Origin: Verrucomicrobiales bacterium
GTDB lineage: Bacteria; Verrucomicrobiota; Verrucomicrobiia; Verrucomicrobiales; V1-33
Direction: 5' to 3'
Assembly: GCA_031411295.1 (NCBI GenBank)
Contig: JANOAV010000099.1
Coordinates: forward strand, 1 to 39,890
Length of the DNA: 39,890 bases
Shown here: positions 1-8,265 of the stretch, in pieces
How the letters are laid out: each line of letters begins with the position of its first letter
Numbering within the stretch: the stretch's first letter is position 1
Program-made: the position numbers and the translations under genes
Notes under the pieces: model-generated
Told to the model about the DNA's origin: nothing
The model's database searches: none
What the model saw: the letters and a program-made list of their open reading frames with translations, nothing else

Positions 1-2077
1 CAAGCTCGACTCCGCCCCCATGCGCGAGGAACTCGAACGCGCCTTCGCCGACAACAACGACGACTACGGCCGCAAGCTCTACCTCATCGAAAACTGCCTC
101 TACGGCGTGGACATCCAGCCCATCGCCATCCAGATCACCAAGCTCCGCTTCTTCATCTCCCTCGTCTGCGACCAGAAGACCAACCGCAACAAAAAGGACA
201 ACCACGGCATCCGCCCGCTGCCCAATCTGGAAACCAAGTTCGTCGCCGCCGACACCCTCATCGGCCTGCCCGAGATGACGCAGTCTCTGCTCGTCGATCC
301 CCGCGTCGGCCTCATCGAAAAGGAAATCGAATCCCTCTACCACAGCCACTTCTCCGAGCAGCGCCGCGACCGCAAACTAGCCAATCAGCGAAAGGTCAAA
401 AGCCTTCGCCAAGAACTCGCAAAGCTCCTCGCCGAAAGTCTCATGTCCCCGGCAAAGTCAAAGCACGTCGCCGAATGGGACCCCTTCGATCCACAATCCT
501 CCGCTGATTTCTTCGATCCGCATTGGATGTTTGGACGTTCGCTCACCGAGGGCTTCGACATCATCATCGGCAATCCGCCCTACATCTCCGTCGAACGCTT
601 CGCAGGCACTCCGATTCAGGCGCTATGGCAGCAAAGATTCAAGACGTATGCCGCTCGCGGGGATGTTTACTGCTTCTTCTACGAGCGTGGTGCCGATCTG
701 CTGCGCAAGGGAGGCAACCTCACCTTCATCACCTCGAACAAGTGGATGCGGACAGGCTACGGCGAACGGCTTCGGGAATTCCTCTCCTCCAAAGTCAACA
801 CCGAGGCCGTGCTCGATTTTGGCATGGCTCAGAACTTCGGTGCGGCCACGACTTACACCTGCATCACTCGCTACGTGAAGGAAAAGCCGGATGGCAAAGT
901 CATGTCCTGCTATGCTACGGATGACCGGGCCGCTATCGGCGATCCCGGTGGTTACTTCGCCGAGAACGCCGTCCCGCAGACGAACTTTGCCGCCGACACT
1001 TGGATTGTTCTTTCGGGAGTCCGACTCCGCATCAAGAAGCTCGTCGAGGCCCAAGGCATCCCCCTCGAAAAATGGGACATCCAAATTGCACGTGGCATCA
1101 TCACTGGGCTCAACGACGCCTTCTACCTCAGTGCTGAACAGCGTAACGCCCTAATCGCAGAAGACCCCGCGTCCGACGAACTGATTGGCAGGCTACTTCG
1201 AGGCCGCGACGTGGAGCGTTACGCGGTCAACTGGAATGAGACATACCAACTCGTCATCAAATTTGGAGCGCACGAATATTTGGAGGAGCGTTACCCGGCA
1301 GTGTTTCGGCATCTCCAGCAGTTCGAGAAGCAGCTCAAGGAGCGTGGGCAGTGCAAATACGGGCGGGAGCGCAAAAACAAGGACGCCGACAAGAAGTATC
1401 CCGGCCAACACCATTGGCTGGAGTTGGACAACAATCCGAGCGACGAAAATCTGAAGCTCTTTGCAGCACCGAAAATCATGTATCCGAACATGACCAAGTT
1501 CTTGCCGTTCTACTTCGATAATGGCGGAGGTTACCTGACGAACGACAAGGGATTCACCATCAACTCGGAAACGCAGTCGCTCTGTTACCTCACAGCATTC
1601 CTGAACTCACATCTGTTCCGCTGCTGCTTTAGCGACAATTTCCCGGAGCTGATGGGCAACACCTACGAAGTCCGCAAAATCTTCATGGACAAAATCCCGG
1701 TCAAGAAACCCACTGCCGCCGAGGTGAGCCTGTTTGAGCGGTTAGTTCCCCTCATCCAGTTCGCCAAAGCCGATGCCGGATCCAGCCCCGGAGCCGCCAC
1801 CTTCCTCGAAGACCTCATCGACGCCTGCGTGATGGAGAGCTACTTCCGCGAGCACATGGCGGAGCGCGACCTGCTCTTCCACAACACCGTGGCCCCGCAC
1901 CTCGCCGCCTACGCCCCCGAGGCCAGCGCCGCCCAGCAGCGCGCCTACCTCACCCACCTCCACCAGACGCTCAACGCCCCCGGGCACCCCATCCGCAACC
2001 GCCTCCTCCGCCTCCTCCGCCTCACCGCCGACAGCCCCGACCTCCTCGCCATCATCAAACAGGAGGGGAAAGTTTAG
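1..2077 (+). CDS. Type IIG/Eco57I-like N6-adenine DNA methyltransferase (restriction-modification enzyme) with TaqI-like C-terminal specificity region; 5' end lies outside the window
   Basis: Motifs NCLYGVDIQPIAIQITKLRFFISL, FDIIIGNPPY (motif IV), FITSNKW and VLDFG, followed by LLRGRDVERY, PKIMYP and LTAFLNS typical of TaqI-type specificity regions. The frame is open from the window start and motif I is not visible. Confidence 0.88.
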   Translation, partial: KLDSAPMREELERAFADNNDDYGRKLYLIENCLYGVDIQPIAIQITKLRFFISLVCDQKTNRNKKDNHGIRPLPNLETKFVAADTLIGLPEMTQSLLVDPRVGLIEKEIESLYHSHFSEQRRDRKLANQRKVKSLRQELAKLLAESLMSPAKSKHVAEWDPFDPQSSADFFDPHWMFGRSLTEGFDIIIGNPPYISVERFAGTPIQALWQQRFKTYAARGDVYCFFYERGADLLRKGGNLTFITSNKWMRTGYGERLREFLSSKVNTEAVLDFGMAQNFGAATTYTCITRYVKEKPDGKVMSCYATDDRAAIGDPGGYFAENAVPQTNFAADTWIVLSGVRLRIKKLVEAQGIPLEKWDIQIARGIITGLNDAFYLSAEQRNALIAEDPASDELIGRLLRGRDVERYAVNWNETYQLVIKFGAHEYLEERYPAVFRHLQQFEKQLKERGQCKYGRERKNKDADKKYPGQHHWLELDNNPSDENLKLFAAPKIMYPNMTKFLPFYFDNGGGYLTNDKGFTINSETQSLCYLTAFLNSHLFRCCFSDNFPELMGNTYEVRKIFMDKIPVKKPTAAEVSLFERLVPLIQFAKADAGSSPGAATFLEDLIDACVMESYFREHMAERDLLFHNTVAPHLAAYAPEASAAQQRAYLTHLHQTLNAPGHPIRNRLLRLLRLTADSPDLLAIIKQEGKV
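1999..2023 (+). repeat. In-frame 9-bp tandem repeat (CCGCCTCCT, about 2.8 copies) encoding RLLRLLRL
   Basis: ccgcctcct ccgcctcct ccgcctc read directly from the sequence. Confidence 0.8.
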
Positions 2078-2092
2078 ACTCTCATACCAGCC

Positions 2093-2959
2093 ATGAACAA
2101 AGACCTCATCATCCGCATGCAGAGCCAGTTTGACCAACTGGCACAGACTCACCCCGAGGAAGCCAACCTGGAATTCTGGTTTGCGCGCGACTTGCAGGAG
2201 CCGCTCGGCTACGCCCGGTGGGAGAACTTCCTCACGGCCATTCAGCGCGCCATCGAGTCCTGCAAAACAACGGGTTACGAAGCTGAACACCATTTTCGTG
2301 GCGTCACGAAAATGGTCCCCCTCGGCAGCGGAGCGGAGCGTCCCATTGAGGACTTCATGCTCACCCGCTACGCCTGCTACCTAATCGCCCAGAACGGCGA
2401 CCCGAGGAAGGAGCCCATCGCCTTTGCCCAGAGCTACTTTGCCGTGCAGACGCGCAAGCAAGAACTGATCGAAGAGCGGATGCAACTCAAGGGACGGCTG
2501 GAAGCCCGAGAGAAGCTGCGAGCCTCGGAAAAAGCCCTGTCCGACAACATCTTCGAGCGCGGCGTGGACGACGCCGGATTTGGTCGCATCCGTTCCAAGG
2601 GCGATGCCGCCCTCTTCGGCGGGCACACCACTCAGGCCATGAAGGACAAGTTCGGCATCACCCAGACGAGGCCATTGGCGGACTTCCTGCCCACCCTGAC
2701 CATCGCCGCGAAAAACCTCGCCACCGAAATGACCAACCACAACGTGCAGCAGGCTGACATGCAGGGAGAGCCCTCCATCACCCGCGAGCACATCCAAAAC
2801 AACACCAGCGTCCGCCAGATGCTCGGCGAACGCGGCATTAAACCCGAAACGCTGCCACCCGAGGAAGACATAAAGAAACTCGAACGCCGCGTCAAAACCG
2901 AGGAGAAGAAACTGGAGAAGCGGGCGGGCCGCCTGCCGAAGGATGGTGAGAAGCCATGA
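2093..2959 (+). CDS. dinD: DNA damage-inducible protein D family (Bro-N-like N-terminal domain)
   Basis: EFWFARDLQEPLGYARWENF, LTRYACYLIAQNGDPRKEPIAFAQSYFAVQTRKQE, RSKGDAALFGG, RPLADFLPT and LPPEEDIKKLERR are DinD signatures. Confidence 0.93.
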   Translation: MNKDLIIRMQSQFDQLAQTHPEEANLEFWFARDLQEPLGYARWENFLTAIQRAIESCKTTGYEAEHHFRGVTKMVPLGSGAERPIEDFMLTRYACYLIAQNGDPRKEPIAFAQSYFAVQTRKQELIEERMQLKGRLEAREKLRASEKALSDNIFERGVDDAGFGRIRSKGDAALFGGHTTQAMKDKFGITQTRPLADFLPTLTIAAKNLATEMTNHNVQQADMQGEPSITREHIQNNTSVRQMLGERGIKPETLPPEEDIKKLERRVKTEEKKLEKRAGRLPKDGEKP

Positions 2960-4233
2960 GCCAGCAATCCATCCTCACCGCATTATCGTCGCGTAGCATT
3001 GCCGCATGGGTCAGCCAGGCGCAGCGGCGCGTTGTGTATGCCGCGCCCGGCATTCACCCTCAGCCAGCGGCGGCTTTGGCGGAATTGTCCTCCCGCCTCC
3101 CACTTACCTCCATCACGGTCAGCCTCGACTTTGACGAGCACACCCTGCGTATGGGTTACGGCACTCTCGAAGCCGTGGAAATTCTGTCTGCTGCCGGGAT
3201 CATCCCAACGCATTCCCCCGGCTTCCGCAGCGGGATCCTGATCGTGGATGACCGGGGTTGGATTTTCAGCCCCACTGCCCTCTACCTCGAAGCCGAGCCT
3301 CAGAGCGATGAAACGCCGAATGCCGTGGAGCTGTCCCCTGACCAAGTGAAGGCACTGGCCATCCGCCTATCCCCCGCCGCGCAGAAAGAGGCCATCGAGC
3401 AGGCGGAGAACCCCGCAGAAGGGCAAGCCATCGCCCAACTCACGACGGAGCTTGGGGTTGCTGCCGTTGCCCCGGCTCATTTGGCAACGGTCAAAGCGGC
3501 CATTAAGATCGCACCGCCCGTGAAGTTCGATGTCGTCCGTCAAGTCCGGGTCTTCGAACCTTATCTGCAATACGTGGACATTAAGTTGACCGGTGCGGCG
3601 ATTCAAAAAAACAAAGTCGCCATCCCAAAGTCCTTGCAGCAGCTCGGCACCAGTCAAGAACTTCGTGCTCGCTTGCGAACCACGTTCGATCTGATCGAGA
3701 AAGGTAGCGCTCTCTCATCCAAGGATATCGACGACAAAGTGGGGCAATTGCGAAAAACCTTCACGCCATCGCTTGGAGAGCGCTTGGGTCGGGTCATGCT
3801 CAAGAACGCCCGCCCGCTCTTTGATCAACGTCTGGAGGAACTCAAAGCCGAGTAGGTCACATTCCAAACGAAGGTCAAAAAAGACCTCCAAACCAAGCTG
3901 GATGAATCACGCGATTTGGTGGTGGATTACTTCCTGCCCATCGCATTGGCGAAGCCTCCCGATGCCTTGCTTGCTCGCGTGAATCCTGTGAACGAGGAAA
4001 CTGTGAAGCGGTGGCTTCAGCGGGAGCTGGACAAGGCGTTTCCAACCGCTGAAAAGCTCATTCAAGAAATGCGATTGGACGCCCAGTTCAAAGACGTGAC
4101 GTGGGAAACTCTGAACGATCCAGACTTCGGCAACGCGCTGCGAAACGCCTTCGAGGATGTTGACTGGGACAAGCCATTTCATGATTACAAGGCCGCAGGT
4201 GAAAGCCCAAACCCGGAGGGCACCGCTAAATGA
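2956..4233 (+). pseudogene. PLD-fold-like N-terminal domain plus coiled-coil C-terminal region, 425 codons, interrupted by one in-frame TAG at 3853-3855
   Basis: ORFs 2956..3855 and 3916..4233 share a frame, and the bridge reads LKAE*VTFQTKVKKDLQTKLDESRDLVV. ATGA overlaps occur at both ends (2956-2959, 4230-4233). The N-terminus (AQRRVVYAAP...RSGILIVDD...FSPTA) resembles a PLD scaffold. Confidence 0.7.
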
Positions 4234-4835
4234 CACCAAAGCAAACGAACGAAGGGGACTCGGATGATGTCTCCGCGGCACTGAACCTGTTGGCCGAATC
4301 ACTGGCAGGTGAAGTGCAACGAATCAACGCGGAAGGAGCCCAAGCCATGCACGGCGGGGACTACGACACCGCCCAAGCAGTGATCGACTTTGCCAAGCGC
4401 CTCACGGCCTTTCGAAGTAAAGTGGATGCCCTCGGGCAGGAATGGCAGCAGTTGGAAGACCTGCGGGACAAGGCGTCGGTGGAGGTGCAAAAAATTGTCA
4501 GCAAAAGATTCTTCGGCAAGGAAAAGAAGGGCGAAATCACACCGCACATGGCTTACTGCCGCCCACTGCTGGAGGTGCTCGTGGAAATGGGTGGCTCAGG
4601 CAAGACCAAAGAAGTGCTGGACCGACTTGGTGCCAAAATGAAACCGCTCTTGAAAGCAAAAGATTACGAGCCTCATGAGTCTGACTCCAAACAGATTCGT
4701 TGGCGAAATACGGCCCAGTGGGCACGAAATCACATGGCCAATGAAGACGGAAGAATGAAGGAGAAATCACCGCGTGGTATTTGGGAGATTTCGTCTGCGG
4801 GCCGGGCATGGCTGAAACAACAAGGTCAAAAATAA
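4230..4835 (+). CDS. Coiled-coil protein with a C-terminal Mrr_N-type winged-helix domain and no Mrr nuclease domain
   Basis: YCRPLLEVLVEMGGSG...WRNTAQWARNHM...SPRGIWEISSAGRAWL fits the Mrr N-terminal pattern; the N-terminal half is helical. Confidence 0.78.
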   Translation: MTPKQTNEGDSDDVSAALNLLAESLAGEVQRINAEGAQAMHGGDYDTAQAVIDFAKRLTAFRSKVDALGQEWQQLEDLRDKASVEVQKIVSKRFFGKEKKGEITPHMAYCRPLLEVLVEMGGSGKTKEVLDRLGAKMKPLLKAKDYEPHESDSKQIRWRNTAQWARNHMANEDGRMKEKSPRGIWEISSAGRAWLKQQGQK

Positions 4836-4847
4836 GCAATCAACCAC

Positions 4848-5372
4848 ATGACACCTTCGGTTATCACTCCGACGGACAGCCGCTATCCCGCAAGGTTGCG
4901 GCTCACGAATATCGTGGACCCGCTCCCGGATCTCGTGTTCAACGGTAACTGGGAACTGATGAATTTACCCAAGACCGCCCTGTTCTGTTCCACTCGATGT
5001 CCCGGTAGTGCTATCCTTCGCACCTACGACCAAGCTGCTCAATGGCGCGACGATAACCGCTGCATCATCAGTGGATTCCACTCACCAGTGGAAAAGGAAT
5101 GTCTCCGCATCCTCATGCGCGGTTCTTCCCCCATCATCCTTTGCCCTGCTCGCGCCTTGCCAAAGCGACCGCCTCCTGATTGGAAAACCGCGATTAGTGA
5201 GGGGCGACTGTTAATCCTCTCTGGCTTTCCTGAAAAGGCGAAACGCATGACCATGGAACTCGGGGCACGTCGTAACTCCCTTGTGGCCACGCTCGCTGAT
5301 GAAGTGTTCTTCGCCCATATCACGCCTGGAGGCCAGTCTGAACGTTTGCAGAAACTGCTGGAGAATGCTTGA
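4848..5372 (+). CDS. Short DprA/Smf-like (SLOG Rossmann-fold) protein
   Basis: DSRYPARL, LVFNGN, ALFCS, IISGFHSPVEKECL, GRLLILS and ARRNSLVATLADEV match the DprA core; only 174 aa. Confidence 0.78.
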   Translation: MTPSVITPTDSRYPARLRLTNIVDPLPDLVFNGNWELMNLPKTALFCSTRCPGSAILRTYDQAAQWRDDNRCIISGFHSPVEKECLRILMRGSSPIILCPARALPKRPPPDWKTAISEGRLLILSGFPEKAKRMTMELGARRNSLVATLADEVFFAHITPGGQSERLQKLLENA

Positions 5373-5437
5373 AGCGAGTAGAAGCGCGGTGTCAGGGGCG
5401 CAGGTGGAGGCGTTGCGGGACTGTGGTCCGGAGGTTT

Positions 5438-5458
5438 GAGCAGCCCAGCGGGCTGCTC
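5438..5458. repeat. Perfect 9-bp-stem palindrome (REP-like) just downstream of the accessory cluster
   Basis: GAGCAGCCC-AGC-GGGCTGCTC with no U-tract. Confidence 0.55.
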
Positions 5459-5669
5459 CACATTCGGCGGGCGCGGTAGAAGATGGGGCGGTTGGCGAAA
5501 TCGTGGCCTTGGTTGCAGGGATCCGATGCTGGTCCAGCCGGTGGAACCAAATGGCATCTGACGTTGCAAGCAGTCGCAGGCTGAAATTTTTGCAGCAATA
5601 TAATCCTTGCCAACCCGCTCAGAGCTTGTGGTGTGCTGACCGGAGTCAGCCACCAATCAATAATTACCC

Positions 5670-6632
5670 TTGGATACCTCATTCTACTCTGATCTAGCCC
5701 GTCGCGCCAAATCCCATTGGTCGTCGGATCGATTGTCCCGTCTTACTTCGGGGAAGCGGTTGCCGTTGCATCCGGTAACTCACTGCGCCTTCCTTCATGT
5801 CACGGGTTTGATGGCGGATGACGCTTCGGTCAGCTCGGGACAGGTGAAGAAATACCTCCAGATCAACCACATGATCAGCCTCATCGCGCCTCCGTTCCGG
5901 GCGCTGGCGAAAGCCATGCCGGGGCGGGCCCTCACTCTGTTGGATGCTGGCTGTGGCAATTCTTATTTGTCCCTGGCGTTTGCCTTTCTGGCGCGCGAAG
6001 CCTCGTCGGGCCGGGCTTCGCAGATTAAGGATTGGCAGGATACGACATTTGATCTGCATGTCATTGGGGTAGATACCAATGCCGCTGTGATCGCACAATC
6101 CACAAGTCGGGCGGCAGCGCTGGGACTGGGGGATGCCATGTCCTTTCAATGCTGCCCGCTGCAGGAGGCGGCACTGCCGGAACGGTTGCACGCCGTGATG
6201 GCGTTGCATGCGTGCGATACCGCCACCGATGATGCGCTGGCGCTGGGGATTCGCAAACAAGCGGATCTCCTGGCGGTGGCTCCGTGTTGCCAAGCGGAGT
6301 TGGCGCAATTTTTCAAGACACTGGGAGCGGATCTGAATCATGGTTTGGGAGTCATCTTGCGTTCCCCTAACTTGCGACGGGATGCCGCCTCCACCATGAC
6401 GGATGCGCTGCGCTTAGCCTTGATGCGAGCGCTCGGCTATGAGACCACGGCCACGGAGTTCATTCCCTCTGCGCACACGCCGAAGAATCGGCTGATCCTC
6501 GGGGAGCGGCGGGGCAGATATAACAAGGCCGGCTGGGCTGAATTCCAGAACCTGCGGAGCACGATAGGCTCCCCCACCCTGGCTTTGGAGCGGATGTTGC
6601 ATGATGTTTTGGCAGAACGTTTTCCTGCGTAG
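5670..6632 (+). CDS. Class I SAM-dependent methyltransferase (Methyltransf_32-like)
   Basis: KKYLQINH, LLDAGCGNSYL, ALHACDTATDDAL, APCCQ and EFIPSAHTPKNRLI; the TTG start is uncertain. Confidence 0.85.
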   Translation: MDTSFYSDLARRAKSHWSSDRLSRLTSGKRLPLHPVTHCAFLHVTGLMADDASVSSGQVKKYLQINHMISLIAPPFRALAKAMPGRALTLLDAGCGNSYLSLAFAFLAREASSGRASQIKDWQDTTFDLHVIGVDTNAAVIAQSTSRAAALGLGDAMSFQCCPLQEAALPERLHAVMALHACDTATDDALALGIRKQADLLAVAPCCQAELAQFFKTLGADLNHGLGVILRSPNLRRDAASTMTDALRLALMRALGYETTATEFIPSAHTPKNRLILGERRGRYNKAGWAEFQNLRSTIGSPTLALERMLHDVLAERFPA

Positions 6633-6686
6633 CGTGACATTCCAATATCGCGACGACAAGCCCGGGGGATGCGCTACATGATTACC

Positions 6687-7190
6687 GCCGCCGCAGTCCG
6701 GGGGGGCAGCCGTCGAACCCTCCCCGTCGATCAGACGTCTGAGACCGTTTCCAAAAAGAAATGGGTATTTACCGAGAAATCAGAACTCATGATTTTGGCG
6801 CGCCCAAACTGATTCGGGACTAGCATTTGTATTGCTTCGTGGGTGATCAGATTTCCCGCAGATTCAGACAAGACAGCAGATGGATGTTTTCTCAGACCGT
6901 TTCCAGGTAGAAATCGGCAGATTCCACCTGAGTAGTGGCCGACTTTCGGAGGCCTGCGTCATGCTGAGTCGGCTTGGCTTGTTGTTGGCCTCAGAAAATC
7001 GGCCACTACAATTCACCGATTTGCAAATGGAATTGGTCTCAGATCCCCAATCTGCTGTCCTCCCCGAATCTGCTGGAAATAAATGGAATTCCAATTTACC
7101 GATTACTAAATGTATTTGGTCTGATTCCGCTCGGGACAGGTCTGCGGGCTGAAGCCCAACACTACTTCAAGCCACCGTAGTCCGGGGCTG
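6687..7190. repeat. Nested REP/REPIN-like inverted-repeat element
   Basis: Inner 23-bp inverted repeat 6932-6954 / 6987-7009 with 2 mismatches; further arms 6872-6881 / 7050-7059 and 6851-6865 / 7066-7080; the flanks match sequence at 33310-33393. Confidence 0.75.
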
Positions 7191-7288
7191 CCGACTTTAG
7201 GCTGTTCCCACGAAATGAGTTTAATCGCACCAGGCTAATGCCGCTCATGCCCCAACTCTAACGCTGCTTTTAACTTGGGAATGCGAGG

Positions 7289-8221
7289 CTACTTCATCAT
7301 GTCGAAACGCTTCTGGAGCGTCTCCTTATCGGTCACGCCAACCATTTTTTCCTTGGTGGAATCGATCCAGCGTTGCTCCAGAGCGTTTTTGGTGGGGCGT
7401 TCCTTTTGGTAGAAGACGCCGAATTTCCCTGGATGATCCAAGTCAGCCAGCCTATACGCCGCGATTTCATCGGTGACATCGTGGCGGGCTTCGTCCTCGG
7501 GCGTGCCGTCGTGTTTCTTTTCCTGAATGACGTCAAATACTCCGCCCTTCCGCGGGGTGCTGTCATCGAACGCGCCGGCGTAGAACATCACGCACTCGCT
7601 GAGCGCCTGCACGATACTGAAACCTTCATGGCGAATCGCGCGCTCGAAGATTTCTTCCATGTGCTTGACCTGCGTGGCATTGGTGCGGCCCACAAAGCTG
7701 GCTCCAGCGGCCAAGACTTGTTTCATGGGATTGATCGGTTGGTCGATGGAACCCGTGGGATCCGTCTTAGATTTGTAACCGATGGGGCTGGTTGGACTAG
7801 TCTGCATTTTGGTGAGACCATAAACGAAGTTGTCCATCACAATGTAGGTCAGCTTCAGATTCTTCCGAGCCGCGTGATTCAAGTGATTTCCACCAATGGA
7901 GAAGCCATCGCCATCACCACCGAAGACAAAGACATGGCAGTCCGGACGGGCCAAACTCACTGCCGTGGCAAAAGGCAGCGCCCTACCATGGATGTAATGC
8001 ACGCCGTGACCATTCACGAAATAAGGAAAGCGGCTGGAACAGCCGATGCCGGCAATGGTAATGATTTTCTCATGCGGAATCTGGAGCTTTTCCAAGACCC
8101 GATAGAAAATCGCGAGCACGGCAAAGTCACCACAGCCCGGACACCATGTTGGATGGTCGGCAGTGAGGGCCTTTTTGGTGACTTTTTCTGGAAGAGGCGG
8201 GAGGAGGAGGTCGGTGGACAT
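7289..8221 (-). CDS. korB: 2-oxoacid:ferredoxin oxidoreductase beta subunit (TPP-binding)
   Basis: TWCPGCGD, GIGCSSR, HGRALP, GGDGDG..IGGNH, DNFVYGLTK; substrate specificity cannot be read from sequence. Confidence 0.92.
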   Translation of the reverse strand: MSTDLLLPPLPEKVTKKALTADHPTWCPGCGDFAVLAIFYRVLEKLQIPHEKIITIAGIGCSSRFPYFVNGHGVHYIHGRALPFATAVSLARPDCHVFVFGGDGDGFSIGGNHLNHAARKNLKLTYIVMDNFVYGLTKMQTSPTSPIGYKSKTDPTGSIDQPINPMKQVLAAGASFVGRTNATQVKHMEEIFERAIRHEGFSIVQALSECVMFYAGAFDDSTPRKGGVFDVIQEKKHDGTPEDEARHDVTDEIAAYRLADLDHPGKFGVFYQKERPTKNALEQRWIDSTKEKMVGVTDKETLQKRFDMMK

Positions 8222-8265
8222 ATGAAGAAAAAAGTAAGAGAGTTAGAAGATAAGAGATTAAGGAC

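Noticed and set aside
3853..3855. Genome-wide TAG recoding or pyrrolysine
   Set aside because: TAG ends several clear genes here (2077, 6632, korB, ccoP) and no pyl genes are visible.
1..5372. Assignment to BREX or DISARM
   Set aside because: No PglZ, BrxC or DrmA/DrmB genes are visible and the PLD-like protein lacks an intact HKD motif; upstream genes are unavailable.
6864..7180. Short ORFs in the 6.6-7.3 kb spacer
   Set aside because: They coincide with the nested inverted repeats and show no protein-like features.
6687..7190. Possible CRISPR array or tRNA
   Set aside because: The repeats are inverted and irregular rather than evenly spaced direct repeats; no cas genes and no tRNA cloverleaf were seen.
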